64,000 bases of DNA from Candidatus Levyibacteriota bacterium. GTDB lineage: Bacteria > Patescibacteriota > Microgenomatia > Levybacterales > UBA12049. Within the stretch, counting starts at the first letter, position 1, and every line of letters starts with the position of its first letter. The stretch is from positions 177,698 to 241,697 of the forward strand of contig JBPOIT010000005.1 of NCBI GenBank assembly GCA_052034235.1, written 5' to 3'. Positions 59,201-64,000 of the stretch are shown piece by piece. The notes under the pieces are model-generated. The model was not told the origin of the DNA. It worked only from the letters and a program-made list of their open reading frames with translations, and searched no databases. The position numbers and the translations under genes are program-made.

Positions 59201-59496
59201 AAGAAGATGGCCAACATGTAAAAATTGGCGGTATTATTGAAAATGCAAAAAAAATCTTCACAAAAAAATCGAATGCAGAAATGGCTTTTCTTATGCTGAC
59301 AAACGAAAAAGGAATAGGTATAGAATGCGTTATCTTTCCAAAGATATTTGAGCAATATAAAGAACACCTCACAACCGATACTGTCATTCTCATCGACGGT
59401 CGTTTAGATACCAAAAATGATAAGACTGCAATTATTGCTGAATCCATAACACCAATTGCTCATCTACAGCTTGACTTAACGCCTAAGAATAATTAA
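56251..59496 (+). CDS. dnaE: DNA polymerase III alpha subunit
   Basis: HLHNHSEFSLLDG, GRGSAAGS, PDIDLD, KMDFLGL, YGFNKAHA. Confidence 0.97.
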   Translation: MSKFVHLHNHSEFSLLDGLQKTKNMVAYAKELGMEALAITDHGNMYGTIKFYKACMDAGIKPIIGCEIYVAKRSLHDKEKDVDKNYNHLILLAENDQGYKNLMKIVTVANLEGYYYKPRTDLELLKKYHEGIICLSACVNGYVSEPIMHGDDAEGEKRALKLAEIFGPDHFYLEIQHHLDVPPQEPVNEKLIALSKKLGLPLVATNDNHYTRKDDAEAQEALLCIQTQSTLLDKNRKLSMVSSPDFYIKSAEEMEKLFIETPEAIENANKIAERCNVEIILGKWHMPVFEVPEGLTPAEYLTQLVYEGAEIRYKTITEDIKERIEYELSIITKKKYETYFLVVSDFVNWAKDQGIAVGPGRGSAAGSVVAYTLRITDADPFFFNLPFERFLNPYRPSAPDIDLDFADIRREEVIAYVTKKYGADKVAQIITFGTMEAKGAVRDVGRVMGMPYAGPDRISKMIPPGWQGQSMTIDNALTQSIDLKRAYESEPETKKLLNLAKKLEGVARHASVHAAGVVIADKPLTEYTPLQRETNGEKVVTQYDMYTVGEDGVGLLKMDFLGLRNLTIIEETIKFIKENQNVDIDFTKVDITDEKTYKLLSEGETTGIFQLESAGMRRYIKELKPTSIFDLQAMVALYRPGPMANIPEFIKRKHNPELIAYPFPQLKEILKQSYGVLTYQDDVLLSVIELAGYTWLEVDKFRKAMGKKIASEMKKQAELFIQGCVKNGLTLKQAEGFYELIAPFAGYGFNKAHAACYAIIAFRTAYLKANFPVEFMSALLTAESRGTSGPQKNEKVSQAVAECKRLGVPILPPHINKSRTDFSIEDKTQVRFGLSAIKNVGAAAIETIIQARTEKKFTSFQDFCMRVNLSTVNKKTMESLIKAGAMDKFGNRASLLITLPEIVSKVSQLKKQSAEGQVSLFEEEESSAEEITFTKVDVDDFTKIEKLNFEKEFFGFYLTSHPHMDTLSAIKQYITHEIDLLEEEEDGQHVKIGGIIENAKKIFTKKSNAEMAFLMLTNEKGIGIECVIFPKIFEQYKEHLTTDTVILIDGRLDTKNDKTAIIAESITPIAHLQLDLTPKNN

Positions 59497-59529
59497 AATA
59501 TGCTTGTCCCGTCGGATCGGGATTTTTTT
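59471..59529 (+). promoter_or_regulatory. atp promoter followed by a hairpin and U-tract (also a possible dnaE terminator)
   Basis: TTGACT-17-TAAAAT, then TCCCG-TCGGAT-CGGGA-T7. Confidence 0.55.
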
Positions 59530-59534
59530 AGTTT

Positions 59535-60254
59535 ATGTTAGAACTGAAAGCAGAGACACTCGCACACATCGGACCCTTTCCTATAACCAACGCCATCGTT
59601 GATACCGTTCTCGTAGATATTATTCTGATCGCACTTGCTGTTTATATTTATAGAAGTGCCAAGCTAAACCCAACAAAATTCCAAAGTATTATCGAAATGG
59701 TAATTGAAGGCTTTTATAATCTTACAAATCAAGTAGCACCGCAAAATGCTAAAAAGATCTTTCCATTTGTTATGACTTTTTTTCTCTTTATTTTGATTTC
59801 AAACTGGACTGGTCTACTCCCAATTATCACAGCAATAACTGTCGGTCATGGTGAACATGAAGCGCATCTCATTCGAAGTGCCTCAACAGATTTGAACACA
59901 ACAATGGCGCTTGCTTTGGTTTCACTTGTTTCGACTCACACAATGAGTATTCAAACCCTCGGTCTTAAATCATACATTAGTAGATTTTTATCATTTAACC
60001 TACTCGCTCTTTATACAGGAGTTTTGGAGCTTATTTCAGAAATCACAAAGATCATCTCGTTTTCTTTCCGTCTTTTTGGTAATATATTCGTTGGAGAAGT
60101 TATGCTCGTTTCACTGTCTGCAGCATTTGCCTTCTTCCTGCCAATCCCGCTCATTATGTACGAAATGTTCGTCGGTGTGGTGCAAGCAGCTATTTTTGGG
60201 CTATTAACTATGGCATTCATGGGAATTTTTACAACTCCCCATGGAGAGCACTAA
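59535..60254 (+). CDS. atpB: ATP synthase subunit a
   Basis: SNW.GL.P, T.DLN.T, SFSFRLFGNI, QA.IF. Confidence 0.95.
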   Translation: MLELKAETLAHIGPFPITNAIVDTVLVDIILIALAVYIYRSAKLNPTKFQSIIEMVIEGFYNLTNQVAPQNAKKIFPFVMTFFLFILISNWTGLLPIITAITVGHGEHEAHLIRSASTDLNTTMALALVSLVSTHTMSIQTLGLKSYISRFLSFNLLALYTGVLELISEITKIISFSFRLFGNIFVGEVMLVSLSAAFAFFLPIPLIMYEMFVGVVQAAIFGLLTMAFMGIFTTPHGEH

Positions 60255-60279
60255 ATATAAGGGAGGTGATTTGAATTAT

Positions 60280-60486
60280 ATGGAAATTTCAATTACAGGT
60301 GGTATAATCGCAGCAATTGGAGGACTCGGACCTGCACTCGGTGTTGGTTTGATTGGCGCAAAAGCTATGGAAGCAATTGGCCGCAATCCAAACGCATCTG
60401 GCAAGATCATCCCAAACATGATCATCGCCATGGGTTTTGCTGAAGCTATCGCTATTTACGCATTAGTTTTCGCAATTATTGGGTAA
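60280..60486 (+). CDS. atpE: ATP synthase subunit c
   Basis: RNP loop, FAEAIAIY carboxylate; SD GGAGGTGA before ATG 60280. Confidence 0.95.
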   Translation: MEISITGGIIAAIGGLGPALGVGLIGAKAMEAIGRNPNASGKIIPNMIIAMGFAEAIAIYALVFAIIG

Positions 60487-60495
60487 CGAGTAAAA

Positions 60496-60597
60496 TCGAA
60501 ACCCGAAATTCGGAATTGTTCGACGTGCTCACGATACGTAGGTATTATTATACTGAGCAAAGTCGAAGGGTTTCGGATTTCGAAATTCGAATTTCGA
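60496..60597. repeat. Composite palindromic intergenic element
   Basis: TCGAAACCCGAAATTCGGAAT ... GTTTCGGATTTCGAAATTCGAATTTCGA outer heptads enclosing TTCGAC-GT-GCTCA...TGAGC-AAA-GTCGAA. Confidence 0.8.
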
Positions 60598-60610
60598 GGA
60601 AAGAAATATT

Positions 60611-61117
60611 ATGGAAATTTTTGAAACATTTGGGATTGATGGACTTATTGTCCTTGCGCAAATTGTAAACTTTGTCATTATTTTGTTAATTCTTAAAAAG
60701 TTTGCTTATAAGCCAATTTTTAACATACTTAAAAAGCGTGAAGATTTAATAAAAGATACTGTTGAACGCGCTGAAGAACAAAAGAAAGCACTTGAACGAA
60801 CAGAAGCTGAAGAAAAGAAAATAGTCAAAAAAGCTAACGAATCAGCATCTCAAATCGTAAAAGATGCAAAAGAGCAGGCTGCAACCATCAGAAAAGAAGC
60901 TCAGGAAAAAGCGAAAAATGAAGCTGCGAAGATGATAATAGACGCAAAAGCGCAGATTGAAATCGAGAGAAAAGAAGTTGAAGCAAAGATATTAAAAGAT
61001 GTGACTGGACTTTCTGTCGAACTTTTGAGAAAATCACTATCTAAGATTCTTACTGATAAAGAGCAGGATGAAGTTGTAAAACGTGCAATTACTGTTTTAC
61101 AAAAGCAATCAAACTAA
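60611..61117 (+). CDS. atpF: ATP synthase subunit b
   Basis: AQIVNF, KFAYKPI...L.KR, long coiled coil. Confidence 0.93.
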   Translation: MEIFETFGIDGLIVLAQIVNFVIILLILKKFAYKPIFNILKKREDLIKDTVERAEEQKKALERTEAEEKKIVKKANESASQIVKDAKEQAATIRKEAQEKAKNEAAKMIIDAKAQIEIERKEVEAKILKDVTGLSVELLRKSLSKILTDKEQDEVVKRAITVLQKQSN

Positions 61118-61120
61118 CAT

Positions 61121-61471
61121 ATGACAAATTTTATTCAGGGACTGGTTGTTAAGAGTTACAAGCAAGATCAATTAGATGAGTCCATTGTCGATTTGGTTGC
61201 AAACAAATTAACACGCAGACAACTAAAGGAGTATATTAAGCTACTTAAACAGCAAGAAAGTAAAAAACAGGTAATTGTAACTGTTCCAAAATCATTAAAC
61301 AGTGAGGAAAGAGATATGCTTCAAAAACTGTTTAATAATAAAAAAATTATGTATACTGTTGATCCATCGATGATCAGCGGCATCAGAATCGTTGATAATG
61401 ATGTAGAATACGAAATAAGTCTTGATCAGATTTTCCAAAACCTGATCGCACATGTAAGTAAACTTGACTAA
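61121..61471 (+). CDS. atpH: ATP synthase subunit delta (short)
   Basis: Position between atpF and atpA; VDPSMISGIRI OSCP C-terminal motif. Confidence 0.8.
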   Translation: MTNFIQGLVVKSYKQDQLDESIVDLVANKLTRRQLKEYIKLLKQQESKKQVIVTVPKSLNSEERDMLQKLFNNKKIMYTVDPSMISGIRIVDNDVEYEISLDQIFQNLIAHVSKLD

Positions 61472-62999
61472 TATGATTGACAATAACGATATTATTAAAG
61501 AATTAGAAAAAAGGCTCGGCAATTTTAATGTTGATCCGAAAACGCAAAACATCGGTGCAGTTGAGAAAAACACTGACGGTGTTATTAGCGCCTCAGGCCT
61601 TTCAAAAGCCTTCATGGGCGAGCTGATTGATTTCCAGGACGGAAGTACTGGTTTTATCCTCAACCTTGACGAAGATAATGCATCTATTATTTTGCTTGAG
61701 GGTGGCAGTAAAGTAAAAGAAGGAGATACTGTCAAAACGACTGGAAAGCAATTAACCATTAACGCATCAGACGATCTGCTTGGAAGAGTCGTTAATCCAC
61801 TGGGTCAACCCATTGATGGCAAACCAACTATCAAAAAAGGCAGTCTTATGCCACTTGAGAAAATCGCAGCAGGTGTTGTCGAACGTGAAAGTGTTGATAC
61901 CCCTATGAAGACCGGTATTAAAGCAATTGACGCTATGTTCCCTATCGGACGCGGACAGCGTGAGCTTATTATTGGAGATCGCGGACTTGGAAAAACAGCA
62001 ATCGCAGTTGATGCAATCATCAACCAGCGCACACAGGAAAAAGGACTTAAAAGAGTTGTCTGTATCTATGTCGCAATTGGCCAAAAACAAAGCTCAACCG
62101 CACAAGTAGTTGAAAGACTCAAGCAAGATGAAGCAATGGATTACACAATCGTTGTTTCAGCAGGAGCATCAGAATCAGCAGCCCTCCAATATCTCGCACC
62201 ATACGCAGGTGTTGCTATCGCTGAATACTTCCTCGAAAAAGGTGAAGATGTTTTGATTGTCTATGACGATTTAACCAAACACGCATGGGCATATCGCCAA
62301 TTATCACTCGTTTTGAGACGTCCAGCAGGACGTGAAGCATACCCAGGAGACATTTTTTATCTGCACAGTAGACTTCTTGAACGGGCAGTTCGCTTGAATA
62401 AGAAAAACGGCGGCGGATCAATTACAGCACTCCCTATTATCGAAACACAAGCTGGAGATATTTCAGCATATATTCCAACCAATGTTATCTCAATCACTGA
62501 CGGACAAATCTTTTTGGTTAACGATCTTTTCAATGCAGGTATCAGACCAGCAATTAACACGGGAACTTCAGTGTCACGTGTCGGTGGCGCTGCCCAAACA
62601 GGTGCAATGAAATCAGTCTCAGGCAAAATGAAACTTGAGATGTCACAATTCCGAGAACTTGCAGCATTTGCACAATTTGGTTCAGAGCTCGATGCAGCAA
62701 CCCAATCTCAGCTTGACCGTGGTTTGAGAACAAATGAAATACTTAAGCAACCACAATTTGCTCCCCTTTCGGAGGCGTTCCAAACACTCAGTATCGCAGC
62801 TGTCACAAGCGGCGCGCTTGATGAAGTTCCTGTCGAAGCAGTTACTCGCTACGAAAGAGATTTCCACGAATACGCAAAAAAACACTATAAGAAACTGCTT
62901 GAAACACTCGGCAGTGGGGCAAAAGTTACCGAAGATGTTTTGAAAGAAGTCAAAAAAGCATCAGACGAATTTAGAAAAAAATTTGTCTTTGATAAATAG
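61464..62999 (+). CDS. atpA: ATP synthase subunit alpha
   Basis: GRGQRELIIGDR.LGKT, REAYPGD.FYLHSRLLERA, ITDGQIFL. Confidence 0.97.
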   Translation: MTNMIDNNDIIKELEKRLGNFNVDPKTQNIGAVEKNTDGVISASGLSKAFMGELIDFQDGSTGFILNLDEDNASIILLEGGSKVKEGDTVKTTGKQLTINASDDLLGRVVNPLGQPIDGKPTIKKGSLMPLEKIAAGVVERESVDTPMKTGIKAIDAMFPIGRGQRELIIGDRGLGKTAIAVDAIINQRTQEKGLKRVVCIYVAIGQKQSSTAQVVERLKQDEAMDYTIVVSAGASESAALQYLAPYAGVAIAEYFLEKGEDVLIVYDDLTKHAWAYRQLSLVLRRPAGREAYPGDIFYLHSRLLERAVRLNKKNGGGSITALPIIETQAGDISAYIPTNVISITDGQIFLVNDLFNAGIRPAINTGTSVSRVGGAAQTGAMKSVSGKMKLEMSQFRELAAFAQFGSELDAATQSQLDRGLRTNEILKQPQFAPLSEAFQTLSIAAVTSGALDEVPVEAVTRYERDFHEYAKKHYKKLLETLGSGAKVTEDVLKEVKKASDEFRKKFVFDK

Positions 63000-63003
63000 G
63001 TAA

Positions 63004-63039
63004 TCCCTAAACCTAAACTCTTAAACCCAAACCCTAACT
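63004..63039 (+). repeat. Degenerate CCCTAAA-like short tandem repeat
   Basis: CCCTAAA CCTAAA CTCTTAAA CCCAAA CCCTAAC fills the atpA-atpG spacer. Confidence 0.55.
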
Positions 63040-63903
63040 ATGGCAAGTACAATGCTTTTACAAAGAAGAATAAGGACTGCGCAGAATGTCTCTAAGACGA
63101 CCAAAGCCATGCAGATGATCGCAGCATCAAAACTCAAAAAAGCCCAAGATGCAGCACTTTCTTCACGCCCTTACGTTGAAAAGCTTTCAGAAGTAACAAG
63201 AAATCTTACAACCAAACTCCAAGACACATCCAAACCCAAATACATGGATAATTCAAATAAAAATGGTAAAACACTCCTCATCGTTATCTCACCTGATAAA
63301 GGACTTTGTGGAGGACTCGTCACTAATTTACTCCGAGAAGTACTCAAAAGAAATGCAAAAGACGATTCATATCTCACCATCGGAAAAAAAGTAGAGAACG
63401 GTGTAGCTCACCTTGGCAACGATCTCGTTGCAGCTTTCCCCTTTGGCAACACTCTCCCATCCTTTGAAGTTGTTTATCCAATCATTAAACTTGTCGATGA
63501 ATATTTCCTCACTGGTAAAGTAGAAAAAGTGCAAATCCTCTCAACACATTTTGAAAACCTCTTTACCCAAAAGCCACATGTCACAACGCTTCTCCCCGTT
63601 CAAGCACCCGCTGAAACCTCAAACGATCATTCAACAAATCAATTTCAACTTTTTGAACCAGACTTAGAAGAAATTCTTCCTGATCTTCTTAACAGATATA
63701 TCGAAATGGTAACATATCAGGAAATTATCGAAAGTTATCTTTCAGAACAAGGAGCCCGAATGCTCTCAATGCAAAATGCCACCAACAATGCCAAAGACAT
63801 TATCGAAGATTTAAGACTTGAATATAACAAGTCACGACAAGCAAAAATTACGAGTGAATTACTGGATATTACAGGTGCATCAGCGAGTACAGCAAGCAAT
63901 TAA
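63040..63903 (+). CDS. atpG: ATP synthase subunit gamma
   Basis: TKAMQMIAASK, DKGLCG, SEQGARM.SM.NAT.NA, RQAKITSE. Confidence 0.96.
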   Translation: MASTMLLQRRIRTAQNVSKTTKAMQMIAASKLKKAQDAALSSRPYVEKLSEVTRNLTTKLQDTSKPKYMDNSNKNGKTLLIVISPDKGLCGGLVTNLLREVLKRNAKDDSYLTIGKKVENGVAHLGNDLVAAFPFGNTLPSFEVVYPIIKLVDEYFLTGKVEKVQILSTHFENLFTQKPHVTTLLPVQAPAETSNDHSTNQFQLFEPDLEEILPDLLNRYIEMVTYQEIIESYLSEQGARMLSMQNATNNAKDIIEDLRLEYNKSRQAKITSELLDITGASASTASN

Positions 63904-63953
63904 ATCAATGCGAAAATTAAGCTGATCTGTTATAATACAACTCTAATAAACCT

Positions 63954-64000
63954 ATGGCAGAAACAAAGAAAAATACAAATGGCATCGTTATCAGGGTCCA
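63954..64000 (+). CDS. atpD: Probable ATP synthase subunit beta, 5' fragment
   Basis: MAETKKNTNGIVIRV... runs off the window; canonical position after atpG. Confidence 0.7.
   Translation, partial: MAETKKNTNGIVIRV

Noticed and set aside
48340-60597. CRISPR array or IS element from the palindromic repeats
   Set aside because: No regularly spaced repeat-spacer units, cas genes or transposase.
2056-63380. Many 60-180 aa antisense or alternate-frame ORFs in the track
   Set aside because: They lie within well-supported genes and show no motifs; consistent with shadow ORFs.

Overview
Gene-dense, AT-rich bacterial chromosome segment. It most likely comes from a Patescibacteria (CPR, Microgenomates-like) genome, inferred from the pilin types, compact housekeeping genes and mostly leaderless genes. 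Left to right it holds: (1) a minus-strand threonine/isoleucine operon, ilvA-aspartokinase-hom-asd-[P-loop kinase]-thrC, preceded by an unannotated Thr/Ile-rich leader peptide and a complete attenuator; (2) a mannose/GT-C glycosyltransferase region; (3) a type IV pilus locus with duplicated major pilins, flanked by stand-alone receiver and HPt proteins; (4) a degenerate PEP-synthase homolog; (5) gpmA, rsmI, lexA, a BASS transporter divergent from panC, uvrB, pyk, a nonsense-interrupted yraN, rplS and pyrG; (6) tRNA-Gly(CCC), tRNA-Asp(GTC), polX, lemA-htpX, murT-gatD, gatCAB, a GGDEF protein, dnaE and the start of the atp operon. The best candidate for an undescribed system is the attenuator-controlled thr operon. 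It has no thrB, and a shikimate-kinase-fold protein with altered substrate motifs sits translationally coupled between asd and thrC, suggesting a non-orthologous homoserine kinase. All product calls come from reading motifs by eye; no database search was run.
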